From Eledone cirrhosa (lineage: Eukaryota), in the NCBI GenBank assembly GCA_964016885.1, contig OZ024745.1, forward strand, positions 63,550,001-63,614,000: 64,000 bases of DNA, read 5' to 3'. Below the pieces are notes generated by a model. The model ran no database searches. It was not told where the DNA came from and saw nothing but the letters and a program-made list of their open reading frames with translations. The position numbers were made by a program, and so were the translations under genes. Shown here in pieces: positions 27,612-41,686 of this stretch. Within the stretch, counting starts at the first letter, position 1. The number at the start of each line of letters is the position of its first letter.

Positions 27612-27827
27612 TTCACACATGTAATATGCATTGTGATACCTTAGGTTTCAAGGCCTAGGTATGGCAGCAACTGCAGTCTGTACATTGCGGTGCAGAATTC
27701 ATGACGCAACAGTGAGAAACTTAGAAATACGTCAACAGGGGCACTGTAAGTGTCTGAAATAACTTTAGTCCCTGCTATACTTAGGCCTTGAAACATAAAT
27801 TAATGTAATACATGTTATATGCGTGGA
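27612..27827. repeat. Imperfect fold-back element
   Basis: GTTTCAAGGCCTAGGTATGGCAG (27645-27667) vs CTGCTATACTTAGGCCTTGAAAC (27772-27794), extendable outward. Confidence 0.75.
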
Positions 27828-27915
27828 GCATATATAATACATTGGTTATGCTGTATTAGATAGAGCACTTTTTACCTTTTTATTCCCACGGACACATTTT
27901 CTTCATACACACACA

Positions 27916-27967
<52 letters not shown>

Positions 27968-27988
27968 CGCACACACATACACACAGAC

Positions 27989-28057
<69 letters not shown>

Positions 28058-28366
28058 GATATATAGATATATGTATATATATATATAGATATAGATATTT
28101 GCATATATTCATATGTATTATATATATATATATATATATATACATATGAAGATAAAATAACGTTACCATAGACGGTTTAGGTTATCTAAAAGTAGGTTAG
28201 AAAAATATGTTTATGCTGATTGTCCCACTTGTAGCTGTTACTCGTCATGTCTGTTTTAATAGTACATGTCAAATCATAAACAGATATTTCTATATTTAGT
28301 ATAATTACGATAGGTCTGGTTGTGCAAAAAGGAAGTTCGGTTTGCAATCACAAATGTCTGAGTTCA

Positions 28367-28448
28367 ATAACATTGAAGGATATGTTGGATAAGGTACCTA
28401 TTTGAGCTTTGCTTTCACCGTGTTCTCCCTCTCTCTCTCTCTCTCTCA

Positions 28449-28490
<42 letters not shown>

Positions 28491-28511
28491 TTGTGGTTAA
28501 TAAAGAAATCG

Positions 28512-28582
<71 letters not shown>

Positions 28583-28645
28583 GTGTGAGGGGACACGGAG
28601 AAAGCAAAGCTCAAACAGGTAACTTATCCAACATATCCTTCAATG

Positions 28646-28649
<4 letters not shown>
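28367..28649. repeat. Compound palindrome including microsatellites
   Basis: Unique ~60 bp arm-(CT)n-(TA)n-[TTGTGGTTAATAAAGAAATCGTT]-(TA)n-(AG)n-reverse-complement arm. Confidence 0.9.
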
Positions 28650-28709
<60 letters not shown>

Positions 28710-28712
<3 letters not shown>

Positions 28713-28822
28713 AGGCGTGTGGCTAGAGAATTGGATTCGCAATCGTAAGGTTGTGAGTTCGATTCCTGGACCAGGCGATGCGTTATGTCCTTGAGCAAGA
28801 CACTTTATTTCACGTTGCTCCT
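28710..28822 (+). mobile_element. tRNA-derived CORE-like SINE, 3'-truncated
   Basis: B box GAGTTCGATTCC followed by TGTCCTTGAGCAAGACACTTTATTTCACG. Confidence 0.8.
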
Positions 28823-28934
28823 TCTACCTGGAGTTGTGACCGATAGATAGTATTAGCAATTGGAAAGACCAACGGAAACATTGTTCCCTCGATCCGATTT
28901 GACGAAAGTCGATCGTTCCTTTATATATATATAT

Positions 28935-29095
28935 TCAATGATATTAAATAAATGGAAACTATATTTATTCTATTATATATATTTCAAGGGTACCAAAACT
29001 TTGGTATACTCTCTTCAGATAAAATACAAAGTTGGTTTTATAAATATTGACATAACCAGGAATAGGCTCTTGACGGTTCAAGTTATTCCTGGATA
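28935..29095 (-). mobile_element. Hammerhead mini-element, copy B
   Basis: Reverse complement of the 12215-12373 monomer; hammerhead at 28967-29025 (CTGAAGA-GAGTATACCAA agtt TTGGTACCCTT-GAAA). Confidence 0.8.
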
Positions 29096-30309
29096 GTAAA
29101 GGAAAGAAGGGAAAGAGAAGAAAAGTCAAATGCTTCAAATTATTAAGATGAGTATGTAAATGAAGTTGAGGCATAGGGTTGAAACAACTTTATTTTTAGA
29201 CGCTAGGTAGATTTAAATAATTATTAATATATATGTATGTGTAGAAGAAAGAAAAAGAAAGAAAGAAGAAAGCAGTTATAAACATTTATATTTGTTGAAT
29301 TACCAACAAATTGCGTATATATATATATAAACATATATATATATTTATATAGCGCATCGCTACCTCACGTATGAGACAAGTAGAGCTTCTGCGAGAAAAG
29401 GCTACCAAACGTACAAACTTGTCTCAATATAGAATCTGTGAGCATTCGTAATTTAGATGATCTATACATTTATAAACGACCAACTAACACATTGAACACT
29501 ATTCTCGAAATCCAATGTCAGAATAAAAGAATTACCGAAATAAGCATTATCATAAGTGGACTATTTTTAAACATTATGATATAAAGTTCAATATGGCTGC
29601 TACTACTCATTTTATTAGCATCTTTATGTTTGGAAAGCAATTTAAACCCTACAACCCAGGGCCATTTGAATTCAACTCTGGAACGAAATTCTATTAGACG
29701 TGTGTTCCTTTTCCCTACCGTTTTGCTACACATTTCTAATTATTACTTTGTGACACGAGTAAATGTAATTATTCTATTTTATTTTGTAACATGCATTTAT
29801 GCAATGTGAACAGATAGGGGATTCGATTGCAATGTGAATATAAAGGGTATTTTATCGACCTTAGAATACAATGCAACTATTTTAAAAGCTATAATGCATG
29901 CTCGCCTGAAAATTGTTTCGGGCTAATAGATATAATGACCTTGCTCCAATTCCCAATTCTCTTTACTCCACCAACGCCTCAAATACAGCAAATCAGCGTT
30001 GTGGTCAATAAGCATTCACACGACGTCACTTGAATTTGGTCATGCGTAAAATATTTAGTTCTTAACGATTCCGTCTAATTTTCTGTGAATAGGTAATATG
30101 TGAAGTGCAGTTTGCAAGGGAACACGCTTGGCGTATTGTTTAGTGTCATTAATCTATAACTCTACTGAACTTGTATTGACCTCGATGGGATTTCAACACA
30201 AAGAATAGTGGGGAATGAAGACACATTTTGTAATTATTTCAGTCCAGTATTTTATTATTTCTAGCAAATTGTTTCTTCTACATACACTACTATTAGTAGC
30301 AATTTGAAA

Positions 30310-30426
30310 TAATTGTTTCTACCTTAGGCACAAGGCCAGCAATTACCCAGTGCATTACTGGTACTTTATTTTATCGACCCCGTAAGGATGAAAGGCAAAG
30401 TCAACCTCGGCGGGATTTGAACTCAG
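30310..30426 (-). mobile_element. 5'-truncated SINE with target-site duplication
   Basis: Consensus match; TAGCAATTTGAAATAAT repeated on both sides (~30297 and ~30427). Confidence 0.9.
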
Positions 30427-30520
30427 TAGCAATTTGAAATAATGAAAATTTCTACTGAAAGTGACATAGATTAGATAAGCTGAAATCATATTACATAAAC
30501 ATACACACACACACACACAA

Positions 30521-30552
<32 letters not shown>

Positions 30553-30571
30553 ATATATGGATATATATATA

Positions 30572-30617
<46 letters not shown>

Positions 30618-30619
<2 letters not shown>

Positions 30620-30887
30620 TATTATGTTGTTAAACAATATTCGATGATTATGTCAAAGAATGAGTTTTACAGTAGATTGGAACCACTCAACGGGAAATAA
30701 TTTTCAGGAGTTATTAATATTAAAATATAAGTATTACTACCTTGATTAAATCTTAACCATTTAACATCTCAGGGTATGTCATGTAACATTATATTTTGTC
30801 TGATGAGGACGTACTGTTGTACATCCGAAATATGTATAATAAAATGTAATTGATCAAAAGAACATCTATTTTATTAATACTTATATT

Positions 30888-30896
<9 letters not shown>
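30618..30896 (+). mobile_element. (TA)n-embedded hammerhead mini-element (related family)
   Basis: 22 bp IR TAATATTAAAATATAAGTATTA (30715-30736)/(30875-30896) enclosing the hammerhead. Confidence 0.75.
30793..30845 (+). ncRNA. Minimal type I hammerhead ribozyme, intact core
   Basis: ATTTTGT-CTGATGA-GGAcGTAC tgtt GTACaTCC-GAAA-TATGTA-TA-ATAAAAT. Confidence 0.85.
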
Positions 30897-30927
<31 letters not shown>

Positions 30928-30938
30928 ATGTGTGTGTG

Positions 30939-31021
<83 letters not shown>

Positions 31022-31056
31022 ATATGTATATATATATATGTATATTTATATATATG

Positions 31057-31090
<34 letters not shown>

Positions 31091-31109
31091 GTATACACAC
31101 ACACATATA

Positions 31110-31196
<87 letters not shown>

Positions 31197-31199
31197 GTG

Positions 31200-31246
<47 letters not shown>

Positions 31247-31380
31247 GTGTATATATATATATGTATATATATATATATGTATATATATATATGTATATAT
31301 ATATATGTATATATATATACTGTATATATATATATATACATATATATGTATATATATATACTGTATATATATATATATAC

Positions 31381-31415
<35 letters not shown>

Positions 31416-31455
31416 TGTATGTATGTATGTATGTATGTATGCACGTATATATATT
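30897..31455. repeat. (TA)n/(TATG)n microsatellite
   Basis: Direct inspection. Confidence 0.97.
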
Positions 31456-33015
31456 GAGTGTGCACATGAGTGTCTGTCCAAGTAGAGAAATGCTTGTTCT
31501 TATATTCCTATATACTTGTGTAAATTATAAAGAGATTAGTATACTTACGTCTCTGAAGCTATAGCAACATCCAAGCCAGTAATACAAAATCAAAATAACT
31601 ATCGAAGTGGCTTTCATGATTTACTATCTGAAAGATAAAAAAAAACAGGATTTTTGTAAATTTTCATTTGAATTGTCCTTTGTTAGATTTAAAGAACATT
31701 TTCTTCTTATTGGAAGACTTAATTCTATGAAACGGATAAATCATTAAGATATTAACATCATATAAGAACTGTAGAATTGATACTAAGAGATAAAATGTTA
31801 GATAAAATCAGTGGTCCCAACTAGTTTCTATAATTAGCGATTGCTCCTTTCCTCAAAACGTACACTTCCAATGGCTGAATAAAAGTCGTAGGAATTTTGG
31901 TCAACTTTTAATAAAATGTTCTTCGTGTATAAACACGCTAAAGCTGTAATATTATTTACCACGATATTATTTACTTCCTCTGCTTTAGAAAATTTATTTC
32001 AAGGTTTTGGATTTTTAAAGAGAAGCCGCCCTAACTAATTTATAGGACGAGTGCGGCTATTTTAATCATTAAAGATTTATTTTTCATTATTTAGTATAAA
32101 ATGGGTTTGTGGGTTTGTATACAGACAGTTTTCAGGAATTATTTAAGTGATTCGGGTTTGAGTAATGGATCTTATAGTTTCCAGTCAACACGAAACCATT
32201 ATTGACTTTCAAATCCCAGTTAAATAAATTCCAGTTAAATAAATTTCATATGAAGAAGATTCTTTTATGGGATTAACCTTGAAATATTGGAAAATTTTGT
32301 TTCCACATTCAGATAGATAATATGCCCTCTCTCTACCATGAACTAGAGGAAAATATGGCTACACATTTTGGAATTGAAGACAACGGAGATATTACTGAAT
32401 GATTATATGATATAAGGCAATCCGACCAACAATAGGGATGAAGACAATGTATTAATGTTTAATATGAAGACAAAAATGATATGATTAATGTGAATATAAA
32501 GCAAATCATTATTGTGCGGTATCTGATGTGAGAAATAAAAAAAATCTGGGGTCACCGTATATAGTGATATGTAACAAAAATCTGTCGATGCTTCACCAAG
32601 TGGAAAACGTTGGCAATGCACCCACGTCTAATTGCTTCAGACTCTCCTTTCTAGACATTAAATCTGGTGTTATTTGCGTAAGGGTTGGAAATATGTGTAT
32701 AAATCCTCCTCACTATGAAATGCAATGTTATATTCTCTCTTAACTGTGGTATATAATTTTCTCCAATTGCTATATACATATATATATGTAAATATATTGT
32801 TGCCTGGTAAACAGTCATGAACACTTGTCATGAAAAATGTAATTATCAACTTGCTGCTGCTGCTTAACGTTAATATATTAATGGAGGGTATATTCACAAG
32901 GATTTAGGGTGTAAATCTTTGAGGCTGTGTTTTGCCATCCATGATTTCTATTCATAATGTGCTACTCACTGCTGCCCTAATTGAAATGCGGTAGCTAATA
33001 TTCAATTATTAAAAT

Positions 33016-33120
33016 ACCGCCGAGGTTGACTTTGCCTTTCATCCTTACGGGGTCGATAAAATAAAGTACCAGTAATGCACTGGGTAATTGCTGGCCTTGT
33101 GCCTAAAGTAGAAACAATTA
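33016..33120 (+). mobile_element. 5'-truncated SINE (major family)
   Basis: Consensus match. Confidence 0.9.
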
Positions 33121-33994
33121 TATATATGCTGTTGGAACACCGTCGGTTCCGACAACGAGGCTTCAAATGATACATTCGACTGAAAAGACACATGTACCCA
33201 TAACATAGTTTTCAGAAAGATTTAGCACGACACAGTATGGGGGTAAGTCTGGCTCTATGGATAAACATTTATTTTTTGTCGACTGGAACAACATGAAATA
33301 AAATAGGGTGATACAAAGTGCTGTAGGAATCGAACTCACAATTTTACAATCGTGAGCTGAATACTCTGACCACTAAAACACATTCCACCACACACACATA
33401 GTCAACGGCTACTATTTTTTTGAGGCGGTAGGTGCTCATTCGTAATATTTTGACTGCTATTTCCAGCAGATCGCGTGCTCCCGTATAGGCTCCTTAGTTT
33501 AGCTATCGATCGTACATACACTTTCAAAGTATTTAGTTACGATTAATCTTAGTTATTGATAATAAATTGTGGATAGATAGACAGATAGATAGACAGATAG
33601 ATAGATAGATAGATAGAGAGGTATGAACGCAGGCTATAATTATAATTTAGTGTAATAAAAGTGGAAGATTTTCATGGGAAAATATAACTAGAGAAACAGA
33701 AATAGCAGCAGGAACAGCAGGTGTGATGACAGGATCAACAGCAGCAGTGAGTGTAACATCAGCAGTAGTTAATGAAACAACAACACTGGTGATAGCAGCA
33801 ATGACCGCTACAACAACACCAGGCGTTGAACCTTGTGATTAGCGAATAAACCATGTGATTGCTGAATAAACACAATGGCAACTGAAGGATTCAAGAAAAT
33901 TGAATCAGAGTGGTTATATTTCAGCAATTTGTTGCTATGAAATTATTCCACCTACTGTTGAAATCAAGCTTTTTTCTTAATTAAGAGGTCCGTA

Positions 33995-34320
33995 CATTAA
34001 CAGTATGACTAGACTGGAGTCTTTAGGTTCTGGGTTTAAATCCTATTGGTGTCAAATTGATTTTTCATCTTTCTGGGGTCGGTAAAATACAATGCCAGTT
34101 AACTACTGTGACAGATTTAATCAACTAAATTCTCTTCTCAAATTTGAGAACTTATACCTGTGTTAGAAAGCATTATTTTCAGTTAAGTATAAAGAGAGGA
34201 AGAGGCATTAGAACATTGAATAGAGTGCTTTGTGGTATTCGTTCCGATTCTCTGCTTTTTGCGTTCAATTCCCACCGAGGTCAACTTCATTCTTTCGAAT
34301 ATACTGGGGTCGATTCTTCC
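33995..34320 (+). mobile_element. Two diverged tandem SINE copies
   Basis: GGTTTAAATCC...TTCATCTTTCTGGGGTCGGTAAAATAC and GCGTTCAATTCCCACCGAGGTCAACTT. Confidence 0.65.
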
Positions 34321-35199
34321 TCTATATCTCTTTTCCTCTTCTTCTATCTCACTTTGTATCCTTCCCTGGAAGAAATCTGTTGTACTCAGGCCTGAAGAGG
34401 GATGAGGTCTGCCAGACTTAAAATGCCCAGGTGCGTGAGAATAGGAATACCTGGAGCTTATAGGAAGCAGTAATTCAGTAATATTTACTGAAAGGTGGTT
34501 CATTAATATTCAGTGCTCAACTTAATGCCTCCCGAAAGCCTGGAAGATGCAGAGAGCAGCCAGTTCTATAGTGTTACTCAACAATCAAAATCATTACCGG
34601 ATTCTCATGTATATGCATAGTAATTTAAAAAGTGATACTTTTTTATTCAGTGCCTCTTGCAGTTGTATAAAATGTTTGCTTTACTTCTTTCAAACTTCAG
34701 AAAAACTTCAATAGTCTGTGAACTTTGTTTTGGAAAATATTTCCCTTTGCAGCATTTCAGCTACGTACAGGTGTAAAATTGTCGTTTAAGTCGTGACCCT
34801 TACATCAATTCACTTTTATCAAGAGTGGCATTGTCGTTAGATTTGCGTGTATCCTTTTTGAGATGATTTTTTTGTTTGTTTGTTTGTATATTCGGAAGCC
34901 ATGGAGCTGAAACAACTGCAGTAAATTTTCAACAGCTCTAACAACTCAATGCCATTACCATAAGTGTAGTAATATAAATGTCTAATATTTAGCAAAAGAC
35001 TACGGATTTGATGGAAACGAGTCCTCAAATCTATATTATTCTGCTAATGAAATTTATATTAGACATGACAAAATAGAAAAGAATTGTATGTTAGACATTA
35101 AGAAACAAACACAGAGTTAGTCATTGTTCTCAAGTAAAATGCGAGAAAATAGAATAAATCGGTCAACAAACAGGAGTGAAACAATACATCCTATCGGTT

Positions 35200-35455
35200 G
35201 ACTGGAAGCTGTGTTACCGATCATATTAAATTTTGATTGCTAGAATAGTATTCTGTAATAACCGAAAGAATACGATCCCGAATACAAGCGGCCGAAATAG
35301 GGTTCCTCCGAAAGGTCTTTTGAAAAACGCTACTCGATAGAATGCGTAGCTCGGAGCTCAGAGAGTCACTCCAGGTAGAACCACTACTTCTCCGAATTGA
35401 GAGATCACAGTTACGATACTATAGGCATGTGGTTAGAATGTCTCACAAAATGACA
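35200..35455 (+). mobile_element. RTE (Expander/Rex3-like) LINE ORF C-terminal fragment
   Basis: ITERIRSRIQAAEIGFLRKVF*KTLLDRMRSSELRESLQVEPLLLRIERSQLRYYRHVVRM. Confidence 0.85.
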
Positions 35456-37624
35456 CTGGAATACGCTACATAAATATGCTCAATAACTTTCTCGGGGATT
35501 ATATTTCGCCACCACTGAATATCTACTTCCCGACAATAGAGTTATTCTAGAAAAATCGCACAATACTGAATCATCTGTTAAATCAACTCCATGGCCTTGA
35601 AAAGTAAGCACGTTGTACAATATGGTCTTAAGTTTTTCCTCATAAGAAAACGTTGAGCTTTTCACGGCTGGAATGCTTATACGAAAGTCTTTCTTAGGTT
35701 AGACCTAGGACTAAGCATCAATAACAATATTAACTATATATTAAGTCAAGGAAGAAATCATCTAATCGGGTGGAAAAAGCTGCTAAATCTTTCTGGAATG
35801 TATTTGATTATAGGCCTGCTTAACCAATAACATAGCAAATCACGTGCAAAATTATTTAGCTAATTGATTTGACATGATAGTTTTTTTCTATAGAGATTTG
35901 TTATTCTATAGAGATTTGTTTTCTTAGAGATTTGTTATGCTGTTGTTATTTAGCGCAAATTCGACCCTGATCGATCAAAGCGTTAATCAAAGTACTGTCG
36001 GCTTTAGGCTTGATGAAACCTTAAGCTATATAAAGCTTGAAGGTCTGTTGTTATCGCCAGAAATTCTCGCAGAAATTGAAAACCAGTGATATTTTAATTA
36101 TAATGAGAGCCCCGTAGATTGCAATGCTCTAAGGAATAACAGGTTTAACTTATGTTTAAATTGAACATTGTATCAAATACATTTAATCAACAAAACAAAC
36201 TTCTTGTTCATGCATAGATTATCTTGGCCAACACTATCCATTCTGTTTATCTATAAGATTGCAGGACTAAATTTGAAGTAAATCTGGCTGCTGTCTTCCA
36301 GTGACTGGGTAGAAGCCCCCTTATTGGCTTGGCTTTCTACTCTTTAAATAAATTATAGAAGCATAGAAGTAGAAGTGGAACGCAGACAGGGTGAATAACA
36401 GGGCATGTTTCATTATACATTACAACATTATTCCCACAAGTCTTTCGCTTACACTCCAAAAAACGTAGATAAATTAAGATACATATGAATTTGGAGAAGA
36501 AAGCTGAGTATTACAGAAGAACGGTTATATAATACTATACACTTGCATCAAATAACCATCTTCTTTTAATTTTACTTAAACATACGACGCTTGTAAACAT
36601 GTACAAGAAATGTTGGTTTATGTTATAAGACCTTGATCTAATTGTACGAAATGCTTAAGATTCACGTTTCGATTGTTCGCTGAGGCGACTTTCTATGAAT
36701 AGCATTAAGTTATTTATAGCGTCAAATAGGAAATTTTCGTCTTTCCTTTTCATATATACACGCACTCACACACACACTCACACACACGCATACACACACA
36801 CACACACATACACACATATATGTATATATATATGTGAGTATTATATACGCAAACACATATGTCTCTATATATGTATATATATACATATATATATATATAT
36901 ATGTATGTATATTCAGATTTATAAATATAATACCATATTCATGTGGAATTAATTATAAATCCTCCACAGTAAAGGTCAAATAAACTCCACCAACAACACC
37001 ACCCCCTCTACTATACAGAGTGTTCTCAATTTCATGAACAGATGGCGTTACTTTAGCAACTATATATCATGGTAAGGCAAGCGGCATCAGCCTTCGTTAT
37101 TTTCCTGCACTTCACGTGCTTTCTCTATCCAACACTTGTGTTCTTGTGGAAGATTCTGGCACCGTTAATTGCAGATGTCATATCTGAAGTAAACGTTGAA
37201 TCAGTCACATATCCATTTTCGGGTGAATACCTGTGTATGTATATACACTTTGATCTAAGTCTAGATGTGGATAGCTGCAATCAAACCAACATCACACAAT
37301 GATTTGCTGCAGAATATGTTCATCAATTAGTTAGAATGGGAGTCAATGCCAAAGCCACTCCTATAGCCGCAAAGATTAATGCTGGGCAGAGAGAAAGCAT
37401 TCTCAATTCGTACACCCATACTGTATGAATGCAACATAGTGCAATCCTGTAAAAGCAGCCACGTGCCAGATAGTAATTTTAAACTCTGTGACGGATAGCG
37501 TCTGCCAGCCAAATATGTTATTGTTGAACCTGAACTCAAGAAGCGAAGAAACACGAGAAACATTGAAAGGGTTTCCATCTAACAATCAAACAATTCCACC
37601 ATTCCAGCACCTTAACAGGAAATG

Positions 37625-37751
37625 TTTTGTTGATCCCAGAAAGACAAAATGGAAAGTTGACTTCGGTGGGATTTGAACTTGGAGCACAAGATGGATTAAA
37701 CACCTTGAAGCATTTCACCTGATGCTCTAATAATTTTGTCAATTCGATGCC

Positions 37752-37752
<1 letters not shown>
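37625..37752 (-). mobile_element. Diverged SINE (major family)
   Basis: GAAAGTTGACTTCGGTGGGATTTGAACT. Confidence 0.7.
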
Positions 37753-37809
<57 letters not shown>

Positions 37810-37818
37810 TAGTTATTG

Positions 37819-37873
<55 letters not shown>

Positions 37874-38339
37874 GTGTGTGCGTGTGTGTGTGTGTGTCGT
37901 TGAGCAAAATTTAAGGTGAAACAATAGATTGAGTAGGTTAGCTAAACCAAAATCAATATAACATCGCGTGAAGCTTTGGTGCAGATATCACGAAAGCATA
38001 CGGCGACTTTGGTTTGATTTGCATTAAATTCTTGTTCTATCCTCTACATAATCATGAACTACAGTAAGCACAGTACTTGAAAAATGAACTGTCCCCAATA
38101 AAATTTGTTCTGAATGTATCCGCTAAAGTTGCCCATGGGTTGCTTTGTCTAAAGTCGTCATTAGTATCATCATCATCATCATCATCATCACCATAAGCAA
38201 CAAATGTATCAGCAACTTCATCAACCCATATATCTACTTTAAACATGTAGGCATCAACATAACTACATGTGTTTGTTGATGCAAGGCTGCGGCCTGTATG
38301 TTTATTAATATGTATATTGTTTATATGTAATTTGTATTT

Positions 38340-38505
<166 letters not shown>

Positions 38506-38591
38506 CATATATATATATATATATATATACTTCGTTAGTTTAAAAGAGGCATGGCTAATAAAAGTATTACAAATTGATGGAGTTATTCATC

Positions 38592-38909
38592 TTAATAGGA
38601 CGACAGGCATCTTGGTTCAATCAGCAGATTGGAACACCTAGAGGTTATCGAAAGCAAGTGCCCTCTTCTAAATATCTTTGAATACTGAGAACATGTACAT
38701 TCACAGGCTATTCCTGCCACTAACAGAGGCGTTTCATCAAATTCACTGCAGGGATAAACAGAGGGCAGCAACAATTTCTCCGACATTATCTTCTTCTCCA
38801 AGTGGTCCTTCAAGATGTTGAAGAGGAAAGACCTAAGGTGTAAATTGTTTTTCCATCCTATCATTTCATTATAGTGCTCGCTCAAAGCAAGGTTGTGATA
38901 CGCATGCAT
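38592..38909 (-). pseudogene. Decayed ORF, possibly Helitron RepHel-like
   Basis: NNLHLRSFLFNILKDHL...LLLPSVYPCS...[14 protein letters not shown] loosely resembles Rep NQ..LR...Y..L.D.L...ILPSSF.GS...GKPDLFIT.TC. Confidence 0.25.
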
Positions 38910-39329
38910 GTGATTTGATATTGAAATCCAACAATTACCAACACAACTAACTTATTTAACTTTATAATATATTTGTCGGTTAATCACACGTTTATCTATG
39001 AAATATATATAATCCCTTTTACTTCCTATCATTCTCTAACTTTCCTGTGTGACTGCATATACGTGTTTGTGTGTGGGTGCGTGAGTTTGTGTGCATGTGT
39101 TGGTCATTCGTTGGTTCCGACGACGTCTGTTCCAGCTATTCGTATAACGGACAAGCCTATTCGAGAGATTAATGTTGCAAGTGTCCGATCATTCAACATA
39201 TATATATATCTTCTTAACGTAGTTCTCAGGGAGATTCAATGTAACACAGTGTTTGACGATATTGGCCCTTTCAATTACAGATACAACGCATTTTTGTCAG
39301 CTGAGTTTGTATGTGTGTGTGTGTGTGTG

Positions 39330-39449
<120 letters not shown>

Positions 39450-40255
39450 GAAATTATTTATTAGAAGAATATTTAATCAGTCCGATTTAAATATCACATA
39501 CGTAGTTTAAAGTAAAAGTAAAACAGCTGATGAATCAACAGAATTGATTTTAGGGGCTCGATTTTTTTTCACCTATAGCAAATATGTCATTGGGAAGTTC
39601 TTGTTGACCACAACACGTCAGTTTTCTTCATCTAGATAGAAGTAGGTTTATTTGTGCTTAGGGTTACAAAAATGTTTTCATTTTCATTTTTGTTTAGACC
39701 CGAGTCAACATTAATTGAGCAGAAATATGTCAAACGTATTCCAACCGTGACAACCCTGACATTTTACATAGTGTATCTATGTTATTTTTGGTTGCTAGAG
39801 TTACTGCGTAGTGCGTAGTTGCTGACTAGTAAATACAAATAGAGTATCGATTTAATAAAGTACAGCTGACAGGTCATAGACGAGCCGAAACACGGGACTT
39901 TGTTTCAATTTTCTTTTGAGATGATTTTCCCTTTTCATCTGTGATGCTAATGCATGTTGAAGAAGCAATCAACACCACAACCTCCCATGGACCTCCTTTA
40001 AATCATATTAGGCCTTTGTTCCTCTTAATAAAAAGCAGATAAGTTGAGCTAAGGATTAAGTCGACAAGCAAGAAACAACAGCCAAATCTTGCTAGCACAA
40101 CACCCCACCATCTTAACGTACTTCTATATATACAAATCGTGAGATATTCAAGAATGAAATGTTTTTGATCAGAGGTTAAGTCGCAACAACAACAACGCAA
40201 TTTAACATTAGTTAAACATTAGAGAGCTAGAGCTCCGGAAAAAATAAATATATTC

Positions 40256-40293
<38 letters not shown>

Positions 40294-40297
40294 CTCT

Positions 40298-40452
40298 CTA
40301 CGTTCTAAATTCAAATTTCACTCAGGTCAACTTTGCTTTCCATCACTCCGAGTGTCGATGAATTATATACCAGTCATTTATTGGTTTCGAATCTTTCCAC
40401 TAATTTATATTACCCGCAGATAGGTGACCTTGCGTTAATTTAAGAAAATATT
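40298..40452 (+). mobile_element. Diverged SINE (major family)
   Basis: AAATTCAAATTTCACTCAGGTCAACTTTGCTTTCCATC...GTCGATGAATTATATACCAG. Confidence 0.7.
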
Positions 40453-41404
40453 ATTTCATGTAAATTGCAATAGATGTACCCTGTATGAGCCATGCATGAA
40501 GGCTGATTTCGATTCCCAATTTAAAAAAGATATGCTAGATCACAAGGTCTCATTTGTCTTCCCGTCGTAATACTTGTGCAGTATCGGCAATCAGCTGATC
40601 TGATATATTGTGTATTTTTTTAAGCAACACTTATTCGATAACTCTCTCCGAATACGTGACAGAAATTATTTGATTTTGATATCAAATTACTACAGATGCG
40701 TATAACAACTTAAAAAAACATTTATTCTTAAATATTTAATTTCGTTTACGCAATAATTTTGTTCTAACGTGTGTGTTTGTGTGTGCATCTATACATATGA
40801 TAAATATATGTACTTGAGTGTAGGTAAATGTATATATATATGAGTGTGTGTGTTTGTGTGTGTTTATATGTATGTGTGAGTGTGTGTGTGTGTGGTATAT
40901 ACATACATATATATATATATATATATACACACACGTATTCATATAAACCTACATATAAACCAACATAAATAAATGAATGAATAAATTCATACATACACAT
41001 ACTCATAATAATAATAACAACAAAAATAACAATAATAATAATTAATAATATTAATAATAAATTATAATAATCGTAATGATACCGGCTTCTAAAATATTTC
41101 CAACCAGATCCAGTCCATATAATTAAAAACTACTACGCCCACTACTACGAGAGCCGGTGAAGGCTGTGACAAAATGTACAGAGGAAACGGTTCTTGCAGT
41201 GAAATCTATGAATGACTTCATAAATTATTGGTCGAAGACCGGCATCTATCACGTGCTACCTTTTGGTTTCAATCACGCGATTTTTCTAAGACGCCTTATT
41301 CTTATTATCATTATCAGATAGCTATTAATTATTTCCACGACCATAATCACCACCATTACCAGTACAATCACTAGCATCTTCACGGTTGCAAACACACACA
41401 CACG

Positions 41405-41480
<76 letters not shown>

Positions 41481-41650
41481 CTCACTCACACTTGGACTCA
41501 CTCACGTGCGCGCGCACGCACACACATACACACACAGGTACGCAGAACATTAATAAGCGTACAAACATTACTTGCTACAAGATTTAAATAAAAATAAAAA
41601 GAGATTTTAAATTAGAAAAAAAACGTTTGTAAAAGTACAACGATGATGAA

Positions 41651-41686
<36 letters not shown>

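Noticed and set aside
35255-35400. Repeated CCGAAA motifs suggesting a GNRA-rich structured RNA
   Set aside because: The region translates cleanly as an RTE LINE C-terminus.
36005-36045. CTTGATGAA followed by a hairpin, as a possible hammerhead
   Set aside because: No GAAA, stem III or stem I partner.
39857-39901. CTGACAG...CCGAAAC motif
   Set aside because: Core mismatched and no U-H cleavage site.
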